Shown here: positions 19,135-27,103 of the stretch, piece after piece | Layout of the letters: each line of letters starts with the position of its first letter | Numbering within the stretch: the first letter of the stretch is position 1 | Source: Gaiella sp. | GTDB lineage: Bacteria > Actinomycetota > Thermoleophilia > Gaiellales > Gaiellaceae | Direction of reading: 5' to 3' | NCBI RefSeq assembly: GCF_039915195.1 | Contig: NZ_JBDSNT010000105.1 | Location: 5,252 to 69,251, forward strand | Length of the DNA: 64,000 nt | Translations under genes and position numbers: made by a program | The notes under the pieces: generated by a model | Databases searched by the model: none | Told to the model about the DNA's origin: nothing | What the model saw: the letters and a program-made list of their open reading frames with translations, nothing else

Positions 19135-20408
19135 GGGCAGTGGCGATGATCGACGGGGAGCACTATGCCCCTGTGGTCAGGGACGCGCTCGTCGAGTTGC
19201 CCTACGACATCGTCGGCTGTGTGCTCGTCGGGGGGACGGAGAAGCTTCGGGGTGGGGAGGACTACGGTGTGCCGCTCCTGGCGTCGCTCGAAGAGGCGGT
19301 CGCCGAGCTCTCACCGGACGTCGTGCTCGATCTCTCGGACGAGCCCGTTCTCGGCCCTCCCGCGCGATTCCGCCTCGCCGCCCGGGCGCTCGCCCTCGGG
19401 ATTCCCTACGAGGGAGCGGACTTCCGCTTCGACCCGCCGCGCTTCGAGGCCATTGCGCGACCCTCGATCGCGATCATCGGAACCGGAAAGCGCGTCGGCA
19501 AGACGGCCGTGACCGGTCACGTGGCAGGCGAGCTGGCGCGGGAACGGAATGTCGTCGTCGTCGCAATGGGCCGTGGAGGACCTCCCGAACCCGAGCTCGT
19601 CGAGGTCCGGCCGACCGTCGCGGATCTGCTTCGCATCTCTCGCTCCGGGATGCACGCCGCTTCGGACCACCTCGAGACCGCCGCACTGACCGGCGTGCTG
19701 ACAATCGGCTGCCGTCGCTGCGGCGGCGGTCTCGCCGGCGCCGTCGGCACGTCCAATGTCCTCGCGGGTGTCCGCCTCGCCGAGGAGCTCGATCCCGACC
19801 TCATCGTGCTCGACGGGAGCGGAGCAGCTCTGCCTCCGATCGCGGCTGATCGCCGCATCCTGGTTGTCGGGGCGCACCAGGATCTCGCCGTTACGACCGG
19901 CTACCTGAACCCGTATCGCGCCCTGCTCGCAGATCTCATCATCGTGACGATGGCGGAGAGTGGCGTCGCGCATCGCGAGCTTGCGACCGCTATGACGGCC
20001 CTGGCGCGCCCGGGCGTGCCGGTCGTTCGTGTCGTCCTGCGGCCCCGCCCGCTCGAGGACGTCCGTGGACGGCGGGTCGCGTACTTCGGGACAGCGCCGG
20101 GAACGCAACACGCCCGGATCGCCGAACACCTCGAACGAACGTACGGGGGAGAGGTCGTTCACGTCTCCGGGAGCCTCTCGGACCGGGCGGCGCTCCGGTC
20201 GGAGCTCGTCGGCCTCGACTGCGACGTCATCGTTGTCGAGATCAAGGCAGCCGCGATCGATGTCGTTGCCGAGGAGGCCGCGCGGATGGATGTCCCCGTC
20301 GTGCTCGCGGCGAACGACGTCCTGCCCCTTGCGGGCGAGCCTGAACTCGACGCCGAGCTCGGTCGGCTCGCGAACGAGGCGACCGCGTCTGCGACGGTGG
20401 GCGTGTGA
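19131..20408 (+). CDS. cpgS: Cyclic 2,3-diphosphoglycerate synthetase
   Basis: IDGEHYAPV N-terminus, GTGKRVGKT, MGRGGP, ASDHLE and GCRRCGGGLAG, all typical of the cDPGS family. ATGA overlap with the upstream gene. Confidence 0.88.
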   Translation: MRAVAMIDGEHYAPVVRDALVELPYDIVGCVLVGGTEKLRGGEDYGVPLLASLEEAVAELSPDVVLDLSDEPVLGPPARFRLAARALALGIPYEGADFRFDPPRFEAIARPSIAIIGTGKRVGKTAVTGHVAGELARERNVVVVAMGRGGPPEPELVEVRPTVADLLRISRSGMHAASDHLETAALTGVLTIGCRRCGGGLAGAVGTSNVLAGVRLAEELDPDLIVLDGSGAALPPIAADRRILVVGAHQDLAVTTGYLNPYRALLADLIIVTMAESGVAHRELATAMTALARPGVPVVRVVLRPRPLEDVRGRRVAYFGTAPGTQHARIAEHLERTYGGEVVHVSGSLSDRAALRSELVGLDCDVIVVEIKAAAIDVVAEEAARMDVPVVLAANDVLPLAGEPELDAELGRLANEATASATVGV

Positions 20409-21319
20409 GCGAACGCCGCTATCTCGCTCCGCTACCGCTCGGAGGTGACGAGGGGCCGCCGTGGTCAAAGGGACTGATGGCGCGCGCGCTGGCCGCCACG
20501 GGCCTGACGCCCACCCGTGCGTACGAGCTCGCCCGTCGCGCCGATGCGGACATGATCGACCGTGGCTCGCTCGAGCTCGACCTCGACCGGCTGGCGGAGG
20601 TCGCTGCCGAGACGCTCGGCGAGCAGGAGGCGGTGCGCACGATGCGCCGACTGCGGCGTCTCCAGGCACTCCAGCACCTCGAGCTCCCCGTCGTGCTGCT
20701 CGTCGGCGGCGCGACCGGCACGGGCAAGTCGACGCTTGCCACCGAGGTGGCGCACCGGCTCGGCATTACCCGGGTGACGTCGACGGACTTCATCCGCCAG
20801 ACAATGCGTGCGTTCTTCTCTCGCGAGTTCATGCCGTCGGTGCACTACTCGAGCTTCGAGGCGGAGCTCGCGCTGAGCCGGGCCGACGAGGATCTTGCCG
20901 GTGATGCAACGCTGCGTGGCTTCCTCGACCAGACGCGGAATGTGCTCGTTGGCGTGGAGGCGGCGATCGACCGCTCGCTCACGGAAGGATGGTCGATGGT
21001 GCTCGAGGGCGTCCATCTCGTGCCCGGGATGATCGCCGTCGATCGAACCGACGCGATCGTCGTTCAGTGCGTGATCTCGATCAGCGACGAGCAGGCGCAC
21101 CGGAGTCACTTCTGGGTCCGGGACGCAGCCACGGATGGCCTGCGCCCACTGGAGAAGTACCTAGACGGGATGACCGAGATCCGGATGATCCAGGACATTC
21201 TCGTCGAGCGTGCACGGCGCTGTGATGTCCCGGTGATCGAGAACGTGAACCTCGACCACGCGATCGGCCAGGTACTCGACCTCGTCCTCACGGGGGCCGA
21301 GCGCCTCGCCCGGGTGTGA
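20405..21319 (+). CDS. pgk2: 2-phosphoglycerate kinase
   Basis: PWSKGLMAR ATP-cone-like N-terminus, GGATGTGKST P-loop, STDFIRQ and EGVHLVP. GTGA overlap with cpgS. Confidence 0.88.
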   Translation: MSERRYLAPLPLGGDEGPPWSKGLMARALAATGLTPTRAYELARRADADMIDRGSLELDLDRLAEVAAETLGEQEAVRTMRRLRRLQALQHLELPVVLLVGGATGTGKSTLATEVAHRLGITRVTSTDFIRQTMRAFFSREFMPSVHYSSFEAELALSRADEDLAGDATLRGFLDQTRNVLVGVEAAIDRSLTEGWSMVLEGVHLVPGMIAVDRTDAIVVQCVISISDEQAHRSHFWVRDAATDGLRPLEKYLDGMTEIRMIQDILVERARRCDVPVIENVNLDHAIGQVLDLVLTGAERLARV

Positions 21320-21371
21320 GCGATCACCGGCGGTCATCTGAAACCCGTCGCCTCGTAGCTAGACTCCAGCC

Positions 21372-21671
21372 ATGGTCACCGAAGCAGACGTCATCGAAGC
21401 GCTCCACGGCGTCGAGGATCCGGAGCTCGGAATGGACATCGTCGAGATCGGCCTTTTCTACGAGGCAGAGATCGAGGGGCCGAACATCAAGGTCATCCAC
21501 TCTCTCACCTCGATGGGTTGTCCTGCAGGCCAGATGATCCAGGAGGGCATCCACGACGCGGTCGCGGCGCTTCCCGGCGTCGAGAAGGTCGAAGTGGAGC
21601 TGACGTTCGATCCGCCGTGGACTCCCGACCGCATGTCGGAAGACGCGAAGTTCATCCTAGGCTTCGGCTAG
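21372..21671 (+). CDS. Metal-sulfur cluster assembly factor (DUF59/SufT-like)
   Basis: VEDPELGMDIVEIGL, TSMGCP and FDPPWTPDRMS. Confidence 0.92.
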   Translation: MVTEADVIEALHGVEDPELGMDIVEIGLFYEAEIEGPNIKVIHSLTSMGCPAGQMIQEGIHDAVAALPGVEKVEVELTFDPPWTPDRMSEDAKFILGFG

Positions 21672-21824
21672 CGCCGAGCTCGTTCCGCGCTCAGGGCTTC
21701 GGCGGTATCGGCGTCGAGGCCTTCTGACCCGGCGCCGCCCACGCGTCGCTCACCGGTACGTCGCTACACGCCGAGACCCTCCCTGCGAACCAGGATCCGT
21801 AGGGTCGACACGGAACCTAGGGCC

Positions 21825-21857
21825 ATGTGCGCCTGTTGCCTGAGACGGTTGCCGTGA
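21825..21857 (+). other. Candidate 10-aa Cys-rich uORF MCACCLRRLP
   Basis: ATG 21825 to TGA 21855-21857. The stop overlaps the queG GTG (GTGA). GAACCT-N6 lies upstream of the ATG. Confidence 0.4.
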
Positions 21858-22861
21858 CGGCGGCGGAGCTCGCCCAGCTTGCGATCGAGGTTGGCCTCGA
21901 TGCAGTCGGCGCGTCCCCTGCAGCGGCGTACACGGGGACGGAGGAGCACATCCGCGAGCGCCGTGCGACGGGCCTCTTCGCCGACATGAAGTTCACCATG
22001 GCCCACCCCGAGATCTCCTGCCACCCGGAGCTCCATCTCGACGGGGAGGCGAAAACCGTGATCTCGGCAGCGCTCTGCTACTGGGTCGATGGCCCCGACG
22101 CGGGCGCCGGTGAAGGGCGCCTCCCGCGGTATGCGTGGCGTGACCACTACGCGCTCCTACGCGAACGCCTCGATGCTCTCGGTCGAAGCCTCGGTGGCAG
22201 GTACCGCGTCTTCGTCGACGCCAATCAACACGTCGATCGCGAGGGGGCGCGACGAGCGGGGCTCGGCTTCTACGGCAAGAACACGATGTTGATCACGCGT
22301 GAGCACGGATCGTGGGTTGTCCTCGGCACGCTGATCACCGACGTCGAGGTGGAGGCGACGCCACCCCTCGACCTCGATTGCGGGCGCTGCACTCTCTGTA
22401 TCGATGCGTGCCCGACGGGAGCGCTCGACGATCCCGGGGTGCTCGATGCGAATCGCTGCCTCTCGTACTGGACGCAGGCACCGGCGCCGGTTCCCGAGGA
22501 CTACCGCGCCGAGCTCGGTGCCTCGGTGTACGGCTGTGACATCTGTCAGGACGTATGCCCCTGGAATCGGGGGGTCGAGAAGCGGCGCGCAGGTGTCGAG
22601 CTTGCCGACGATGCAATGTCGAACGTCTCGCTCATCGACTGGCTCACGCGCTCAGGGAGCGATCTCGTCGGCGAGCTCGACCGCCTCTACGTGCCTCGAA
22701 ATGACGCGCGCTGGCTGAAGCGCAACGCGCTCCACGCCCTCGGCAACACGGGAGGTCGCGGCGCTCTCCAGCACCTGGAGCCGTTCCGATCGAGCGACGA
22801 CTCGATCCTTGCCGACGCGGCGAGTTGGGCCGAACAGCAGATCGTCGAGCGCTCATCGTGA
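21854..22861 (+). CDS. queG: Epoxyqueuosine reductase QueG
   Basis: YAWRDHY, GKNTMLI, CGRCTLCIDACPTGAL and CLSY...YGCDICQDVCPWN. Alternative start GTG 21827. Confidence 0.93.
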   Translation: MTAAELAQLAIEVGLDAVGASPAAAYTGTEEHIRERRATGLFADMKFTMAHPEISCHPELHLDGEAKTVISAALCYWVDGPDAGAGEGRLPRYAWRDHYALLRERLDALGRSLGGRYRVFVDANQHVDREGARRAGLGFYGKNTMLITREHGSWVVLGTLITDVEVEATPPLDLDCGRCTLCIDACPTGALDDPGVLDANRCLSYWTQAPAPVPEDYRAELGASVYGCDICQDVCPWNRGVEKRRAGVELADDAMSNVSLIDWLTRSGSDLVGELDRLYVPRNDARWLKRNALHALGNTGGRGALQHLEPFRSSDDSILADAASWAEQQIVERSS

Positions 22862-23493
22862 TGCGAACCCGGCTCGATGTCCTCGTTCACGAGCTGCGGA
22901 GCCCGGTGGCCGCGCTCCTTGCGATCTCGGAGGTCTATGCCGACGCGGACTACTCGACGAGGCTCCGTCTCGTGGAGCTGGCCTGCACGGCGGGTGCGAG
23001 CCTCGAGCGCCTGCTCACCGACGTCACCGAAGCGACGCTCAGGCTGACGCGGCTCGATCTCGGTCGAATCGCTTTGGATGCGTGTGAAACTGCGACTCTC
23101 GGAGGTTCGTCGATCGTCGTGGCACCGGAGACCGACACCGCGCTCGCGGTTATCGGTGACGCGACCCGCCTGCGTCAGGCCCTCGACAACCTGATCGGGA
23201 ACGCGATCGGGCACTCACCGGCAGGGGCGACAGTCACCGTGGCGGCGACGCGTAGGGGAGGCTCATGTCTGGTCTCGGTCATCGACGAGGGCGAGGGAGT
23301 CTTGCCCGAAGACCTCGAGCGGATCTTCGAGCCGGGAGTGCGCGCCACGAGCGCCCGATCGGGGTCAGGTCTCGGCCTCGCTGTGGTACGAGAGATCGCC
23401 CGAGAGCACGGGGGAGAGGTCGAGGTGGAGTCGCGTCCCGACTGGGGCGCGACATTCAGGCTCGTGCTGCCGGCCGCTTCCGACGCGTCGTGA
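22861..23493 (+). CDS. Minimal histidine kinase without sensor domain
   Basis: HELRSP at residue 10, then N-box DNLIGNA, G1 DEGEG, F-box IFEP and G2 GSGLGL. Confidence 0.88.
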   Translation: MRTRLDVLVHELRSPVAALLAISEVYADADYSTRLRLVELACTAGASLERLLTDVTEATLRLTRLDLGRIALDACETATLGGSSIVVAPETDTALAVIGDATRLRQALDNLIGNAIGHSPAGATVTVAATRRGGSCLVSVIDEGEGVLPEDLERIFEPGVRATSARSGSGLGLAVVREIAREHGGEVEVESRPDWGATFRLVLPAASDAS

Positions 23494-25489
23494 CGCCCAG
23501 CTCCGATTGCAGTTCCTTGGCGCGCGCAGCGACGCTCGCCCGCATGTCGCTCGGCTCGAGCACGATGGTTTCTCCTGCGTCCGCGAGTACCTCGGACAGC
23601 AGCCATTCGTCCGTCTTGAACTGGATCTCCGAGAGGGCCGCCTTGTCGGTCAGAGCTCGAGCGCCGCGCTCGAGCTTCCAGCGCGCTACGACGGGTGAGT
23701 GCCAGAGTCGTGCGATCCGCTGCTCGTGGAGGTAGCGGGGGTCGAAGCCGTCGCGCGGTTCGAACGACTCGGTCGTCATCGTCGCCGACCGCATCCTGTC
23801 GAGTCGATAGGTGCGCGGTCCGTCGGCCGTGCGATCCCACGTGTGAACGCGCCAGACGGGTAGCTCGCGCTCGAACGAGTACGGCTCCACCGAACGTGTT
23901 GTCGGATTCTCGTCTCCCTCCTTGAGGTACTCGATCTCGACGACGAGACGCTTCTCCACCGCGTCCGAGAGGGTACGGACGAGCTTCTCTTCGACGTCCT
24001 CGGCATCTCCGGACGGGGCTCGAGGGAGGTCGAACTGCCCGAACGTCTCCTCAAGCTTCTTCCGCACGCGATCGAGCGGCGTGTGGGCCTCCGCAGCGAT
24101 TGTCGGCCCGACGTAGTCAATGGCGAGACGGATAGCGCGGGCCTCGAGAGGCGTCAGCTTCGGGGGACGCCGAAAGACGTCGCCGTAGAGCTCCTTGTCG
24201 ACCCGGACGATCCCTTCGTCTTCGTCGACCTCGGCGTAGACCGTATAGCAGCCGCCGCCGAAGTTGACGAGGTTGAGGAGCGACAGCGTCTCCTGGAGCT
24301 CCTCGCGGGGAATCGAGAAGCGTGAAGCAAGATCGTTGGCATCGAGTCGTGCGTCGCGTCCCTCACCGCACGCGGAGAGGACGTGAGCGAGCAGCGCCTG
24401 AAGGACTCCGAACCGCTCGGGCGCGATCGGGCCAACGGGCCGGTCGCCCCGGTCCGAGTGAGCCTCGATGCGACGCTCCCTGGCAAGGACAGGGACATCG
24501 CCGTCGTGGCCGTCTCGGAGACGGGCGAGTCCGTCGGAGACCGCATCGCGCAACGCCTTGGGAGCGAGAGGGATGGCCCGGCCGTTCTGCCGGAGCACCC
24601 AGCCGGCGAGCGGCTCGACGTTCGCAAAGTCGGTTTCGAACACCCCGTCCACGAGGGACCCGGCGTCCGACAGGGTCCGATGCACCCACCAGGCCGTGTC
24701 GCCCTGGACAGCGATCCGGGCCTTGCCGGCGGTCTCGCCGATCTGCCACGGTCGCGGCACGCGGTGCGCCTCGACATCGAACTCGGGCGGCAACCGGAAG
24801 TCGCGCTCGCGGCGCGTGGCGAAACGAATGTCGCTGCGGATTCGTGAGACGCGGAACGTCCGCACAGCAGCGCGGTCGAGGTCCTGGCCAACGACGTACC
24901 AGATGCCCTCGTCGAGGCGCAGCGCATAGGGATTGAGGGCCCGCTCACCGACCTTGTCCCGCTGCGGCGACCAGTACGAGAACTTGATCGTGCGTTGCTT
25001 CGAGATTGCCGACTCGAGCTTGGAGAGGCGACCGGCCAACTCGGGAGAGTAGTCAGGAGCGCTCACGCGCACGCGCTCGGCGGTGTCTGTTCGTGCCTCG
25101 TGGAAGCCGGGACGGCCGAGAGCGAGGTTCTGCAGCGCGAGCCGCAGCGGCTCTGCGTAGGCGAACTTCCCGTCGAGGTAGAACAGCGCTGTCTGGAGCG
25201 CCGCGAGCTCGTCGTCCTTCAGGTCGAGGCGATCGAGGAAGTAGTTCTCCGACCGCAGAGTGTAGAGCTCCTCACCCGTGAACTCGTCACGGTGCGAGTG
25301 AAGGGGGACGCCGAGCGCGGTGAGTTCCGCGCGGTCCGAGTAGAACCGACGCGCGAAGGCCTCGTCGGACATCTCCGAGTAGCCCTCGACGTTGCCCTTG
25401 ACATCGCGCGCGGTCAGCGGACGGCGCTCGGCCATCAGAAAGGCGACGAGCGAGAGTTGACGGATGAGCTTGTCGGTGTCGTGCGACAT
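23456..25489 (-). CDS. pafBC: Fused PafB-PafC-type double HTH-WYL-WCX transcriptional regulator
   Basis: Two modules. Module 1: RRFYSDRAEL...WYVVG...RTFRVSRI. Module 2: LTPLEA...EP...RTYRLDRM. 677 aa. Confidence 0.88.
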   Translation of the reverse strand: MSHDTDKLIRQLSLVAFLMAERRPLTARDVKGNVEGYSEMSDEAFARRFYSDRAELTALGVPLHSHRDEFTGEELYTLRSENYFLDRLDLKDDELAALQTALFYLDGKFAYAEPLRLALQNLALGRPGFHEARTDTAERVRVSAPDYSPELAGRLSKLESAISKQRTIKFSYWSPQRDKVGERALNPYALRLDEGIWYVVGQDLDRAAVRTFRVSRIRSDIRFATRRERDFRLPPEFDVEAHRVPRPWQIGETAGKARIAVQGDTAWWVHRTLSDAGSLVDGVFETDFANVEPLAGWVLRQNGRAIPLAPKALRDAVSDGLARLRDGHDGDVPVLARERRIEAHSDRGDRPVGPIAPERFGVLQALLAHVLSACGEGRDARLDANDLASRFSIPREELQETLSLLNLVNFGGGCYTVYAEVDEDEGIVRVDKELYGDVFRRPPKLTPLEARAIRLAIDYVGPTIAAEAHTPLDRVRKKLEETFGQFDLPRAPSGDAEDVEEKLVRTLSDAVEKRLVVEIEYLKEGDENPTTRSVEPYSFERELPVWRVHTWDRTADGPRTYRLDRMRSATMTTESFEPRDGFDPRYLHEQRIARLWHSPVVARWKLERGARALTDKAALSEIQFKTDEWLLSEVLADAGETIVLEPSDMRASVAARAKELQSELGVTTRRKRPAARA

Positions 25490-25576
25490 CGTGTGTTCGA
25501 GCTTACAGCCCGTGCCGCCCGGGTGATTGACCGATCCCGGAGGATCGATCGGGTTGACGTCGGCGCTGCGAGGTGG

Positions 25577-26029
25577 CTAGGCGGCGAGCGACGTGCGCGC
25601 TTCGAGATGTTGATGCGACGGGCAGTAGTCCCGACTCGGCAGCGGTGTGCGCTGACATGCCTTGCCCTTGCGGGTCGTGGCCTTACACCGAGCGATGCCG
25701 CCGTCGAACGCTCCTGCCTCGATCTGCTGCTCGACGAACGCGATCGCTGCCCCGACGCCCTCACGGACGGCCCAGGCGACCTGTGCCTGCGCGGTGATGG
25801 GGAAGTAGCGGCGAATGTCCTGGAACAGGGCACGATCGGGGCGCGCGAAGTACTGCGGGTCGGCTGCTAGGCGCGACATCGTGAGCTCGCACTCTTCGAG
25901 AACTGCCCGCCGTGACTCGAGGCGCGTGTGCCGATCGGTGTACGGATCGATCAGATCCTTGATCGAGCGATAGACGGCCCGCGAGTACTGATACATGCAG
26001 GACTGCAAGTAGACGACATGATCTTCCAT
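25577..26029 (-). CDS. Hypothetical protein with C-terminal CCCH Zn-finger-like motif
   Basis: CKATTRKGKAC...YCPSH near the C-terminus. Confidence 0.8.
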   Translation of the reverse strand: MEDHVVYLQSCMYQYSRAVYRSIKDLIDPYTDRHTRLESRRAVLEECELTMSRLAADPQYFARPDRALFQDIRRYFPITAQAQVAWAVREGVGAAIAFVEQQIEAGAFDGGIARCKATTRKGKACQRTPLPSRDYCPSHQHLEARTSLAA

Positions 26030-26092
26030 CGTTTGGGTCTCGCTTCTGTGAAAATGGGGAATATAGGCGGAAAATCCGCTCCCGCCACGTGG

Positions 26093-26121
26093 AGTCTACC
26101 CGGTTTCGGTCCGTGTTACAA
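26093..26121 (-). promoter_or_regulatory. Sigma70-type promoter TTGTAA-N17-TAGACT
   Basis: Minus strand, exact 17-nt spacer, upstream of the 26029 start. The leader contains a GCGGA-TTT-TCCGC hairpin. Confidence 0.6.
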
Positions 26122-26156
26122 ACTCCGTTTCGATCTCGTCAGAAGAGACAACACGT

Positions 26157-26711
26157 TCAGCGGCTGATCCGGGCGGTTCGTGCGCCGCGCTGAACCGATT
26201 TTGCATCGCGCAGATGGCTTGCAGCCTCTGGTTCGCTCGGATAGAAGCCGCTGAAGACCATCCAGTAGCCGGGGTGGAGGCTCGCGAACTTGGAGGAATC
26301 GAGCACTCCAACTCCCTTCAGGCCCTTCTGGCGCGCGTCGGCGGCGCGTGCGACGGCGGCGTCCCGGCCTTCGACCTTCGGCACGGAGACAAGCACGATC
26401 GTCCAGCCGCTCCTCTCCAAGGGCCATTCTTCGAGCCTCGAGGCGTTCGTCACCGTCGGCGCCTTGACGGTCTCGCTGCCGCCCGTCGCCGTGAGGATCG
26501 TGGTGGCTGTCGCAGTCTCGCGCGTCAGTCCGATGGCGAGAGCTCCTCCGGCGACAGCGACGATGCCGGCGAGCAAGATGGCGAGTGATGCCTTGCGACG
26601 ATCCAGAGGCACCGATCCGACACGTCCGGCGACCGGGAGCTTCAGGCCGCACTCCAGGCAGAACTCCTGCCCCACGGAGATACCCCCGCCGCAGCGTGGG
26701 CACTGTGTCAC
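26157..26711 (-). CDS. Zinc-ribbon + TM + SPOR-like domain protein
   Basis: CPRC...FCLECG, one TM helix, then a C-terminal WTIVLVSVP...LHPGYWMVFSG beta/alpha domain. Confidence 0.75.
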   Translation of the reverse strand: MTQCPRCGGGISVGQEFCLECGLKLPVAGRVGSVPLDRRKASLAILLAGIVAVAGGALAIGLTRETATATTILTATGGSETVKAPTVTNASRLEEWPLERSGWTIVLVSVPKVEGRDAAVARAADARQKGLKGVGVLDSSKFASLHPGYWMVFSGFYPSEPEAASHLRDAKSVQRGARTARISR

Positions 26712-27064
26712 CCGCTCGCCTCCGCCTGGGCGCTTTCCTCGATCAGAGATCGGCCGCAGCTCGGACAGAAGCGCGCCCCCATGAGCAACGGGGCGCCACA
26801 GGCGCAGATCGCGCTGCCCTGGCGGCGGAGACCACGCGCGCCCTGGAGCAGCGCCTCGATCTCACTCGCCCGGGCCTCGATTGCCACGAGCTCGGCGCAC
26901 CGCTCGACGATCAGCGTCTCGTTGAAGTGGTCGCGGCGGTACATCTCGAGCGTCAGGCCGCCGAGCTCCCGGAACCTCTCGTCGCGGAGGATGAGCAGCG
27001 CCCGCCGCTCACGACGAAGATCGCTTGCAGTTGGAGCGGAGGGCTTGCTGGAGAAGAGCGCCAC
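26708..27064 (-). CDS. Coiled-coil protein with C-terminal zinc ribbon
   Basis: CACG...FCPSCG. GTGA overlap with the downstream gene. TATTCT-N6-GTG start. Confidence 0.78.
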   Translation of the reverse strand: MALFSSKPSAPTASDLRRERRALLILRDERFRELGGLTLEMYRRDHFNETLIVERCAELVAIEARASEIEALLQGARGLRRQGSAICACGAPLLMGARFCPSCGRSLIEESAQAEASG

Positions 27065-27103
27065 GGCGAGAGAATAGCCGGGTGACAGGTCGCCGCCGGT
27101 CTG

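Noticed and set aside
21770-21830. ykkC/guanidine-I riboswitch-like words on the minus strand (TAGGTTCCG...CTGGTTCG)
   Set aside because: The 3' conserved half is missing and no minus-strand gene lies downstream. It is better explained as a simple hairpin. An Rfam scan would settle it.
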